A stretch of 64,000 nt of DNA from Eledone cirrhosa (Eukaryota): positions 253,394,001-253,458,000 of the forward strand of contig OZ024740.1 in NCBI GenBank assembly GCA_964016885.1. The letters are read 5' to 3'. Under the pieces are notes generated by a model. That model saw only the letters and a list, made by a program, of their open reading frames with translations. It made no database searches and was not told where the DNA came from. Made by a program: the position numbers and the translations under genes. Shown here one piece after another: positions 52,761 to 64,000 of the stretch (position 1 is its first letter; every line of letters starts with the position of its first letter).

Positions 52761-55700
52761 GGATAAAAAAATGATAATTTCAGAATACAATCTGAAATCC
52801 CAATATTTTCTACATATGTCTAAAATTAATTACACCTAATATACATTCATATAAAGAGATCATTTAAAAGAACTTTACTGAGTGAACAATACATTCTATA
52901 GTTGTTTCTATTTCGGAAAGAGTGTGGTGTGTAATAATTGTTTCTACTTTAGGCACAAGGCCAGCAATTACCCAGTGCATTACTGGTACTTTATTTTATC
53001 AACCCCGTAAGGATGAAAGGCAAAGTCAACCTCGGCGGGATTTGAACTCAGATCGTAAAGGGACGTAACTATGCTGGAAAGCATGGCGTCCGACTCTCTA
53101 CCGATACTGCCAATCCACCGCCGTGTGGTGTGTAATAATATCACTTCAAATGCCTAGAAAACGTTCCAGATCATTATATGGAAGGTCATCTTCAGAGGCT
53201 AAGAGAAAGAAAACAGCGATCTGAAGAAAGTGAAGAAGTTTGGTATGCCCGTCTAGCTGCTAACAGAGCCCAAACAGCTTCAGCACGAGCACACTGTTTG
53301 GATGAAAGGGGACAAATGACTGCTGCTACACGAGAACAACAAATTAAGGAACAGCCGCAAATCAGACGAAATGCTAATCAAGCACATCATTCTACTGCCC
53401 GAGCAGGAGAACAAGCCACAAGTAAAATGAACTGGCTGCTGAGTGCTTTTTCTTATGACCCCCCAAAAGGACTACAGCAGTAATCCACAAATCAACATTG
53501 GGAAAATGAACAAATGCTGCCAGTATTGTGGAGCCAAGAAGTGGGCAACAGAAACACCAAGTCTATGCTGCTCAAAAGGCCAAGTGAGCCTTAAAACAAT
53601 ACAAGAACTTCCTGAATTTCTGAATCTGCTCCTTCAGCATCACCAGAAGCACGACACTTCAATAAATACATCATAAAATATAATTCTGCTTTTCAAATGA
53701 CATCTTTTTGGGCTGACAGGAATGTGATTGACTTTAGATTCTGTAGAACTTATAAAATTCAGGGACAGCGTTACCACTTAATGGGTGGCCTTCTGCCACT
53801 TTCACAGGAGCCTCACAAATTTGTGCAGGTGGAAATGGGTGGAAATGAAACACAGGCACAACAAAGATGTACCAATGTCCATGGTGGATTGCAGTTCTAC
53901 ATAGTCATAAAGTTACAAGAAATGCTTCACCAACATCACATGTACATCAGTGTATTTAAATATGCACTGGAGCATATGAACAACACCAGAGATTGTAAAA
54001 TCATCATTAGGGCAGACAAACACCCAGCTTCAGAACATGAATGCAGATTCAATGCACCTGTCACTGATGAAGTTGCAATCATAATGGTTGATGAACAGCA
54101 TGAACGACGTGACATTGTTTTGCAAAAACAAAGTGGACATTTGGAGCGAATTTGTGAAACTCATAGAGCCTATGATTCACTCCAATATCCGCTCATCTTT
54201 TGGAATGTACAAGATGGATATCATTTTCAGCTACGGCAGATCAGCCCAGGAACGGGACAAGAAACTGGCCAATCAATCAGCTGCAAAGAATTCTATGCTT
54301 ATCATTTCATGGTACGTGATCACTTCAACCAAGTTCTGCGATTCAAAGAAGTAACCAGGCAGTTCATGGTGGACATGTATGCCAAAATTGAAACAGAAAG
54401 ATTGGGTTTTCTGCGAAGGAATCAAACTAAGTTGAGAGAATGTAACGACATCCACCTTAAAGATACCATCAATTCTGATGTTGACCCAAGAAATATTGGC
54501 CAGCCAATCATACTACCATCAAGCTTCACGGGAGGACCACGTTACATGCATGAACGTACGCAAGATGCAATGGCCTATGTCAGAAAATTTGGTTGGCTAG
54601 ATCTCTTCATTACATTTACATGCAATTCAAACTGGTCAGAAATATTAAATGAATTATTTCAAAATCAAAAACCAAAGGATCGACATGACCTCATTCCTCG
54701 GGATTTCCATGAAAAGCAAAAAAAAACTCATCTGGAAGAATCTTTGGTGAGCTTAGTGCTTGGATGACCACTATTGAGTGGCAGAAGAGAGGTCTTCCTC
54801 ACTCTCGTAATATGGTGCAAGGAGAAGATAAGACCAGATGATGTTGATAAGATCATTTCAGCAGAGTTGCCTGATAAAGGTGGTGATCCAGAGCTCTTTG
54901 AAACCATCAAGTCCAAACTCATTCATGGTCCATATGGAGTCATCAATCCAGCCTCTCCCTGCATGAAAGATAAAAAATGCAGCAAACATTATCCTAGAGC
55001 TTTTATTCGGGAAACTCGAACTGACAATAATGGATACCCCCTTTATCGTAGGCGTAGACCAGAACATGGAGGCAATACTGCAAGCCTAACAGTTCGAGGA
55101 GAGGAGCTGACCATAAACAATCAGCGGGTCGTCCCATACAACAAATTGTTGTGTAAACTTTTAAAAGCTCATATCAATATTGAGTATTGCAGCTCCGTCA
55201 AGGCAATCTTATATGTCACCAAAAATATCAACAAGGGCAGTGACATAGCTACCTTTATTACTGACAAAGAACTCAATGATGGTGGGCTGGATGAGGTCAA
55301 ACGGTATCAAACAGGTCGATAGATCTCCAGCAATGAAGCTATCTGGCGAATCTTTGGGTTTGATATCCACCAATGCCACCCAACAGTGGTCAACCTTGCA
55401 GTCCATCTGGAAAAGGGACGGTAATATGTATATGGAATATACCCCAGTATTTACAATCAAGCTCTCTGTGACCTGTCCCATCGAGTTCAGGCAATGAATA
55501 GCACATTAACTAACTGCGGGATGCCAGAGCCAGATGAAGAAATGGAGGTAGCACAAGACATTTTTCAGGAGACAAACTACGATATTCAAGCATTGCGTAA
55601 GTTTGTGGATGAAAATGAACCTCGATTGATGGATGACCAGAAATACGCCTACCACAACATCATCGAAAACATTCAAAATGACAAGGGAGGACTTTGCTTC

Positions 55701-56878
55701 ATCAATCCTCCTGCTGGCACAGGCAAGACATTCCTCATAAACCTCCTGCTTGCAAAAGTTCGCCAAAAGCAACATATTGCCCTTACTGTGGCTTCAAGAG
55801 GCATTGCAGCAACACTTCTGGATGGCGGAAGAACTGCACACTCCATGTTTAAGCTACCCATATATCTCACATGGCATGAACAATCTTTTTGCAACATCAA
55901 GAAGAACTCACCCAAGGGCAAGCTTCTGCAAACATGCAAGATGATAATTTGGGATGAAGCTACTATGAGCCATAAAGGAGCAATTGAAGCTTTGAACTGG
56001 ACGATAAGGGATCTGAGAGAAAATAGTTCCATAATGGAGTGACAATGGTTCTTGCTGGTGATTTCAGACAAACTCTGCCTGTAATTCTTCGATGGACTCG
56101 AGCTGATCAGGTCAATGCCTGTCTGAAAACATCCCATCTCTGGCCCCACTTTCAGCTGCTGAGGCTTACAACCAACATGCGAGTGCACTTAACTAGTGAC
56201 GAAGGTGTCAGTGAGTTTGCCATCCAACTACTTAAATTGGGAAATGGACTTCTTGAAAAGGACTCCAATGACCATATTCAGTTGTCATTTGGCCATATCA
56301 TTGACACAGAACAAGAACTGATTGCCAGAGTGTTTCCAAACATTCAGACCAGGCAATGTGATCCGAAATGGCTCTGTGAACGAGCAATCTTAGCACTTAA
56401 AAATGTTGCTGTGTTAGAAATCAACAGAAGGCTGCTGGAGATGTTACCGGGAGAGAAAATATGCTACAGATCAGTTGGCACAATCACTTCTCAAGACCAG
56501 GTTGTAAACTATCCAACTGAATTTTTTAACAGTCTTGAACAAGCGGGAATTCCTCCACACAACCTGATACTGAAGCTTGTAGCATCGGTTATGCTACTTC
56601 GCAATCTGGATCCTCCAAAACTTTGTAATGGCACAAGACTCATCATCAAAAATATGAAGTCCAATGTTCTAGAAGTTGCAATCATGTCAGGAAAATTTGC
56701 TGGTGACAATTGTTTCATTACCAGAATACCTCTGAAGCCATCTGATTTGCCATTTGAATTTCAAAGACTTCAATTTCTGATCAGGCTCAGTTTTGCCATG
56801 ACCATTAATAAATCTCAAGGGCAATCATTGAAAGTCTGGTTGAATCTGGCAGATCCTGTCTTTTCATATGGTCAACTG
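51678..56878 (+). mobile_element. Autonomous-type Helitron (RepHel), degenerate, 3' end lost
   Basis: 5' TC(TATC)n..tatttaaa; ORF from ~53150 (MPRKRS); Zn motif CQYC..CC; Rep motifs DLFITFTCN, EWQKRGLPHS and YVTKNINKG; PIF1 motifs AGTGKT, IWDEA, GDFRQTLPV and FAMTINKSQGQS. Confidence 0.88.
52939..53122 (-). mobile_element. Full-length tRNA-derived SINE with 17-bp TSD
   Basis: Minus strand: A-box-like ttggcagtatcgg and B-box gagttcaaatcc; gtgtggtgtgtaataat is duplicated at 52922-52938 and 53123-53139. Confidence 0.88.
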
Positions 56879-57030
56879 GGAGATGTCGTTGCCTGGTTGA
56901 AGAAAGTTAGATTGGTTGCCACGCTGCAAAGAATGTGGCTGGCTTAATCGCTCTCTATCTTGATGGAGATACACTGGCATTATACCTTGAGATGGACGAG
57001 TCAGACCAACTGAACGCGGAAGCTATACAA
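56879..57030 (+). mobile_element. Short LTR-retrotransposon gag-like fragment
   Basis: GDVVAWLKKVRLVATLQ, then after a frameshift VAGLIALYLDGDTLALYLEMDESDQ; resembles Gypsy gag capsid N-terminal helices (recalled pattern). Confidence 0.55.
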
Positions 57031-58384
57031 AAAATACACAGGAATTATGTACGTTATTTGTTTGTTTGTAAAGGTAGAGTTAAAGTTGTATTTACCAAGA
57101 AAACTTCATGAACTTCACTGGCTTGGTTAAGAGAGACCAAGAGATTGAGTGAAAGAGAGAATAAGAGTCTGTAGAAAGCAATAGACTACATGTTTATTCT
57201 ATCAAGAACTGCTGCCTGTGCTGGTCTAAAGCAAGCTATTTATCTATGTCACTTGGCTGACTTTTAGAGATTGTCCACTCACAGATCTGTTGATGCCCGA
57301 AAGGAGATAACCCAGAAAATGACCATTAAATGTCACCCAGAGGTCAAGATGTTGACAGATTTTGCTACATATATAATAAAAAGGACAATTGGTTATGTTT
57401 TCATTTTGTTAATTGAGTAGTGATGCACATTTCACTATTGATCAGCTCAAGGTTTGATCTATATGGATCTAGTCCGACTCTGAAATCAAAAGCTCATTGG
57501 ACCTCTGCTGTGGTAATGTCAGAATGAACTTATAGGGCTTAGAAAGATCTATAACGATTCACATTCATTTATGGTGGTCAGTTAATGTTCATTTTGCTAT
57601 AAGGAATGTTTTGGTGTGTATGATATGTGGGGGAAGGATTATAATGAAGAGATGGTGGTGGTGGTGGTGGTGGAGAGCGATGGTTGGTGTGAGTTGTAGG
57701 GGTGTGGTGTTTTGGCTGTTTCATAGATATTATGGCATATATGTAGTGAAGCGAGGGTGTTGGGTGTGGATATGGAGTTGGTTATGGGCTATACGTGATG
57801 GGAGATGAAAGAGTGCAGTGCTGGGGTGTGTGGTAGTTTTTCCATTGGTCAGAGGTTTGTCAAAGAGGAATAAAATAAATAAATAAAAATAAATTAAACC
57901 TAGATTACGGATGAAGCATTGGATGTCTAACGTTTTCTTTGGTGTGCTTAGTATGTAAACTATATTCTTAAATGGTTTTTTTAACTAAATTTTTTTACCA
58001 TCACATATTTGTGGCTACTTATACTTTGTATATGCGTGTGTGTGTGTTGCTGTATAAGTATATAGTTAGTGTAGCAACTTTTATTCATTCATTTAACTAT
58101 TTATATTCACTTCACACATTAACCAAAATCCATAATCACTTTTTTTCCACAAGTTAACCTTATAGAGGGACCAGCTGTACAGGTTAGTAGTAGTATAGTA
58201 AGTAAGGCAATCAAAGATATGAAAACAGGCAAGGCAGCTGGCCCCTTGGAGATAGTTGCTGAGATCTTGACAGCTTATGGGATGGTGGGACACGCCATAG
58301 TCACCCCTAGAGAGTAAACCAAGTAATACAAATTGGTGTCATACCAATTTGTATTACTTGTATAATTTGTATAATTATGTATAA

Positions 58385-59092
58385 TTATGACTGGCGTAGC
58401 AGCATCATCGTCAACTGCTACAAGGGCAAAGGAGGCGCTCTAGACAGGGAAAACTAAAGAAGCGTTAAGTTGGTTGACCAGGTCATGAAGGTCACAGAAA
58501 GAGTTATTGCGCAGGTGATTAGGGATCGAATTAAAATTGATGAAATACAGTTTGCCACAGATGCTCTCTTCCTTGTAAGGCAACTACAAGAGCTAAAAGT
58601 AATCCCCTCTACTTAGCTTTTGTTGACTTGGAGAAAGCCTTCGACAGAGTCCCCCGTTCCATTATCTGGTGGGCTCTTAGAAAACTAGAAGTAGATGAGT
58701 GGCTTGTGAAAGCTATACAAGCCATGTATAGAGGAACAGTCAGCAAGGTTATAATTAACAATGAATATAGTATAAAAGTAGGTGTTCTCCAAGGCTCCAA
58801 CCTTAGCCCCCTCTTGTTTATTATTGCCTTACAGGCTATAACTGAAAAGTTTAAGACTGGCTGCCCATGGGAACTTTTGTATGCAGATGATCTAACTCTC
58901 ATAGCTGAAACTATGGTAGATTTAGAGAAGAAATTCTAATTCATTAGGAAGGGCATCCAGTTGTAGAAACCAACCAAGCCAAAATCAGTTATGCATGAGC
59001 AAGTCATGGTCACATTACCCAGCATTGCCCACAACAGGATAACTTGTCTAACTCTTGCTAGTGTTGGGAATGGACATAAAACGGTGATGATA
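58385..59092 (+). mobile_element. RTE-type LINE fragment with internal deletions and 3' tail
   Basis: IVNCYKGKG, AFVDLEKAFDRVPR, VGVLQGSNLSPLLF, ELLYADDL, joined directly to a ggaagggcatccag..(gat)n tail. Confidence 0.8.
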
Positions 59093-59099
59093 TGCATAT

Positions 59100-60277
59100 A
59101 TATGTATCGGAAGGAAATTTTTTTAATTTGATTTCTAAAAGTGTTGTATTATATCAGTATATCAGGTTAAAACATAAGTCTATGTAAACATATTGGATTT
59201 TGTTTGAATTTCTTAAAAAATTTCAAAATGTCATCTAATAAAGAAATGCAACTCGAATTTCATTGGGCAGGGATGTTGCAAAGTTACTTTTGGTTAGTAC
59301 TGTTTGGATAGCTGTGAAGCGGTTTAAAGATCAAGATTTGTCGGATAGACCCAGAAGTGGAACACTACAAATTAAACAGACTCCTACTCCTACTTTCAAA
59401 AAGGGATATGAAGAAATCCTAAAAGGTCCATGAGAAAAATGGCAATGAGACAGATCATCAATGATGTCTTGGGAATGTCTTCCTTCACCCTTCAGAAGAG
59501 ACAAACCCTTTCTGAAACAAAAAAAAAGACTAGAAAAAAAGCAAGTATTTTCTTAAAGAAATGAAATGTGGCATGGCGGGGGAAATTGTCTGGTCAAATG
59601 AAAAGATTTTCACTATTGAGCAGACGCACAACCAAAGAAATAATTGTGTCATCAGCAATCAATTTCGACCCCAAATCTGTATTCCATACAATAAAACTAG
59701 CTTCTGTTATGGTCTAAGGAGCTGTTTCATCATCTTGGAGGTCTCCTCTCCTTTTTATGGACGAAGGGACAAAAATCAGCTCCCAAACTTACATGAAACA
59801 GTATTCAGGAGCCTATGCTTGCTTCTGCAACTAATCATTTTGGCAATGATTATCTGTGAATATCCCAACAGGATGGAACCACCGCCCATACAGCAAATGT
59901 CACACAAGTTTGGTGCAGAGACCATCTTCCGAGGGTTTGGTCTAAAGAAATGTGGCCTCCTTGTTCACCTGATTTGAAACCTATGGACTTTTCAGTATGG
60001 TCTATACTTGAAGAAAAAGCCTGTGCAAAAGTCCATAAGACAGTCGATGATTTCAAGACATCCTTACAGAGCACTTGGAAAGAAATTCCCCAAGAAATGT
60101 TGCATGCATCAGTGAAATATGTTCGACAGACGTTAGAGGCTGTTATTGCTGAACGAGTGGGTCATATTGAATAAACTCTATACATAATGTATAATCACAT
60201 ATGTTGCTGGTCAATAAAGTTAGCCGTTTTGTTATTAAAATTATTATTATTTGCTTCCAAATTTATGCCCCACCCTG
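59100..60277 (+). mobile_element. Tc1/mariner superfamily DD37D (maT-type) transposon, degenerate
   Basis: WSNEKIF, then QQDG..(37 residues counted)..SPDLKPMD; right end ..caccctg|TA. Confidence 0.82.
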
Positions 60278-60339
60278 TATACATGTGTGTATGTATATTC
60301 TCTTTTACTCTTTTACCTGTTCCAGTCATCTGGCTGACG

Positions 60340-61790
60340 CCCTGCCCTTGTTGCTACACATTTTATCCCCAGCCTGTATTGGTTGGCCAGTGGGGTAAGA
60401 GGGAGTTCGTTGCTGATGTCCACCATGCTGTGGACACATCTGGGATCTTAGATAGAAGAATGTTCAGATGTTTCTTGAAAACATCCACTTCCACACCCTG
60501 CAGATCTCTCAAATTTCTTGGAGCTTGTTGAAGAGTTGAGGGCCTTTGAACCCCAGGCTATTGCAACATCTACTCCTTATTCTAGATGTGAAAGATGGGA
60601 CCTTTGGTACCACACAGTGACATCCTGTTAGGAGGTTGGTCCAGCTCCCAATGCCAAAGTTTGGTGCTAGTCCCTGCAGGATTTTCCATATGTATATAAC
60701 TACATATCTCTCCCGCCTTCATTTCAAGGAGTAGAGGCTCAGTTCTTTTAGCTTATCTCCTTCATCGTTGCAATCCTCTTGGTGTAGCCAGTCGTCTGCA
60801 CATCGTCACCACCATCATGATGTGTGAGGAAAAAGATGCATCGTCGCTCATGTCTATCCCCAGGTCTCGTATTGATTTTGACATGGGGATTTTGATTCCT
60901 CCTGGTCCGGTATAGCTGTGATGTATTGTCTTTGTGTTTACAGGTTGGTATTGTAGGGCTTGAAACTTTCCAGATCTTGTTGTAAAAGAGCAGCATCAGC
61001 TAGGTTTTTGGTTGCCTGTGCTATTATGTATTGGGTCATCAGCATAACTAGTGAGGGATGTTGTATGTACTACAAAGGGCATGTCAAAACGTGATCAGTT
61101 TTTTCTGATGATTCGTTCCATGACCTTACTGATATGTGACATCAGGGAGACTGACCTGTAGTTTTTGGCCTCCGTTCAGCTTACATGTTTTTAGGAGGAC
61201 TGCTGGGAATCCATCAGGTCCAGCATCTGTTATGTCTATGTGGTAGATGGTCGCCATTTCTTCATGAAGTGTTGTGGCATCAAAGTAATGCTTTGGCTTT
61301 GTTATTTGCATGTGTCTCAATGGGGGTGTGAACACACTTTTGTACTGTTCATTCAGTATTTCACTTATATCCCTTTTATTCCATTTTTATGGAAGAGTGG
61401 CCCAATCTTGCAGTGTATTGAGGTAGTTTCTTTTGCAAATTTAAAGAAGGCCTTAGGGTTTGTTTTAGTATTTTCTATGGCCCTGGCTTCTCCTTTTCAT
61501 GGGAAAGTTTAAGTGCAGTTTCAATTTCAAGTAATTCCTATTTTAGATAGGGTTCCTTCTTGTTCTTCTGTTGTGCATTTAACTGGTTTGAGAGCTTAGT
61601 TCATAAGGATTTTCCTGTCTCTGTGTCTGTTGGCCTTTTTCTCCAGGACAAACTTTTGGCATATAGTTTGTATTGTTGTCATGAAGTGTTGAAAATGTGT
61701 TGGTATCTTGTGAGGTGATGTCGCTCCATATTTGCTTCTTGTCAAGATTGTGTATTCTGCTGATTAATCTACTCGCTGGAACTACTATCT
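60340..61790 (-). mobile_element. CR1-like LINE remnant, heavily deleted
   Basis: AGPDGFPAVLLKTCK, DHVLT, GPQLFN and VDVFKKHLNILLSKIPD fragments on the minus strand. Confidence 0.6.
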
Positions 61791-62033
61791 ATTCTCAGCA
61801 GTTCTAGTGGGTAGCAGCAAGCAGAATACACAATCTTGACAAGGAGCAAGACACTCCGAAACAACTAACAATTGTCAATTGTTGATTGTTCTCTCTCAGC
61901 TACTGCTGGAACAAAAGAATTACGTTGTCATCTAACATATAATATTTTTATAATATTACTATTATTCATTCATGAATACATTTACGCATCCACCACGTTA
62001 AGATTTTGTTTTTTATATATATGTATATATATA

Positions 62034-62200
62034 CCGTATTTCCCGGCGCCGAAGACGCTTCGCCCTTAAGGACGCACCCTAATTTTGATAACCAAAAATT
62101 AAAAAAAAATAATAAACAACCTTCGGCCTCCAGGAAGCATGGTAAATTTTTGAGACTTATTTTAGGAAAAAAGTAGTGTCTTCGATGCCAGGAAATATGG
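62034..62200. mobile_element. MITE with ~23-bp TIRs and TA flanks (Tc1/pogo-type)
   Basis: TA|ccgtatttcccggcgccgaagac ... gtcttcgatgccaggaaatatgg|TA. Confidence 0.75.
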
Positions 62201-62220
62201 TATATATATGCATATATATA

Positions 62221-63368
62221 CAGTGGTACCTTGACTTACGAGTGTCCCAACTAACAAGTTTTTTGAGATACAAGCCATCTCTCAGATGATTTTTTGCTTT
62301 GAGTTGCGAGCTCAAATTCGGGTTATGAGCCAGCTTCACTGAACACTGCAGTAACATCCGCCCAGCATCCCATGGGTCCGAAGAAGGTGAGCGCGAAGGA
62401 CAGTGCTGAGAAGAAGCGGATGATGTGCATTAAATTAAAGAAATAAATTATCGAAAAACATGACCAAGCTGTGTGTGTAGTCAACTTGCAAATCAGTACG
62501 AGTGAAGCACTTCTATGATCTGCACCACACTGAAGCAGAAGGAGTCGATAAAGGCTATAACACCAGCCAAGGTGTTATAATAATTTCTAAACAGTGGATA
62601 TCTATCCATGAAAATATGGAAAAGCTTCTTATAGTGTGGTTAACGAAGAAGCAGCCCGCAGGAGATACCGTGACGGAGGCTATAATCTGCGAGAAGGCGC
62701 GAGCTATTTACACAAATTTGCTGCAGCAGACTCCAGGCACCTTGACAAACCATTTAAAGCCAGTCGGGGCTGGTTCGAGAACTTTAAAAAGAGGACCGGT
62801 GACACGGAGAAGGTTATCATGTGTAGAGATAACCTCCTCCGTGTCACCGGTCCTCTTTTTGCGAATTATTGTGAATGTGGGAGAAACTTTCAGACTTTAT
62901 TCAAAAGAAACACCCAGAAAAAGTTGCAACTGGGCGTGCGGCGGCGCTATTTAATGACACTTGCCTAACTCAGAAACATTCTGAAGGGGAGGATGAAACA
63001 AACCTCATTGGACAGGTTTTTATTGAAAACTCCTGCAGATAAAAGTGAGGAAAGCTTGGCGAAAAGGGCAAAAATCAGTGAATAAGATTCAGTTATTCAG
63101 TTCAACCTTCCTCCTCCACCTCTGCCAGCATCCGATCTCCAAGGTAAATGCTATACATTATACTTAATAAAACCAGTTTATTGCAATACATTCTATTGTA
63201 TTGTTTTTTTTATATTCATTATTCATAAGTACATTTTTTTTATTTAAAAACACGTAACAAAAAAAATTGCAGTATTTTGGGGGGGAGGGGGGCATTAATG
63301 GCATTTCAATTCATTTCAATGGGGAAAATTGATTTGACATACAAGTAATTTGAGTTACGAGCTCTGTC
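62221..63368 (+). mobile_element. Tigger/pogo-like DNA transposon, internally deleted
   Basis: TA|cagtggtacctt 5' end; MGPKK start; CENP-B-type HTH MEKLLIVWL..AGDTVTEAIICEKARAIY; FKASRGWFENFKKR; DDE domain largely missing. Confidence 0.8.
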
Positions 63369-63400
<32 letters not shown>

Positions 63401-63416
63401 ATGTATATATATATAT

Positions 63417-63960
63417 CATCATTTAATGTCCATTTTCGACGCTAGCATGGGTAGGACGGGGGACCAATTTATGGTGTGGATTGGGGACTTGGGTGGGATA
63501 GGAGTGGGGAAAGTACCTAGGGACGAAGGTATATGGGGGGGATGATTACAGCAAGGGAGGTGGGAAAGGAGATGGTAGGTGTTGCCTACTAGAATATATG
63601 CCTCAGCTCGAGCATATGGGAGGGTGGGTCTTCTGAAATACTGCATAGCACCAGCGATCACTGTCCTGTGTCATCGCCTAAGTGAGGTGTAATTGTGCAA
63701 AGTCAGCTTTTATTATCTCATCCCAATTCTGCCTAGGCCTGCCCACTCCATTGCTACCACTGACTTTGAGCGCTCTGCACTATTTTATACAGCTGTCATC
63801 CTTCATACGCATCATATGTCCATACCAGTGCAATCTCTTCTCCTGCACATTGCATCTGATCTCTCTAATTGTTTCGCTTAACTTTTGCTTATATATTTCA
63901 CTCCCTCCAGTTATCACAGCCCTTCACACGCTACTGTTATCATAGCCATTGACATTATTG
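63417..63960 (-). mobile_element. RTE-like 3' end fragment
   Basis: Reverse complement of the ccatgctag..aaatggacattaaatgatga tail at 63417-63455. The coding-like part upstream is weakly supported. Confidence 0.45.
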
Positions 63961-64000
63961 CCATCATGATCCTATATTTCTTAAAGTACTATAGTATATA

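Overview
AT-rich, microsatellite-laden eukaryotic DNA. The SINE families and repeat content look cephalopod/octopus-like (inference). No host gene is recognisable; the window is almost all transposable elements: an R4/Dong-type non-LTR element, several Penelope-like elements (PLEs) including one nearly intact Naiad-type RT+GIY-YIG element, RTE, CRE, CR1 and two L1/Tx1-type LINEs, a Gypsy LTR element with a nested solo LTR, Helitrons, DD37D and Tigger transposons, and tRNA-type SINEs. The most notable structure is PLE-related. A ~10 kb nested inverted-repeat locus (10.5-21.7 kb) surrounds the Naiad element, and about ten type I hammerhead ribozyme motifs occur, including two families with 95-115 nt stem II inserts plus a palindromic mini stem III, and a 780-bp non-coding fold-back element with a hammerhead at each end. 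All calls come from reading motifs by eye; no database search or folding computation was run.
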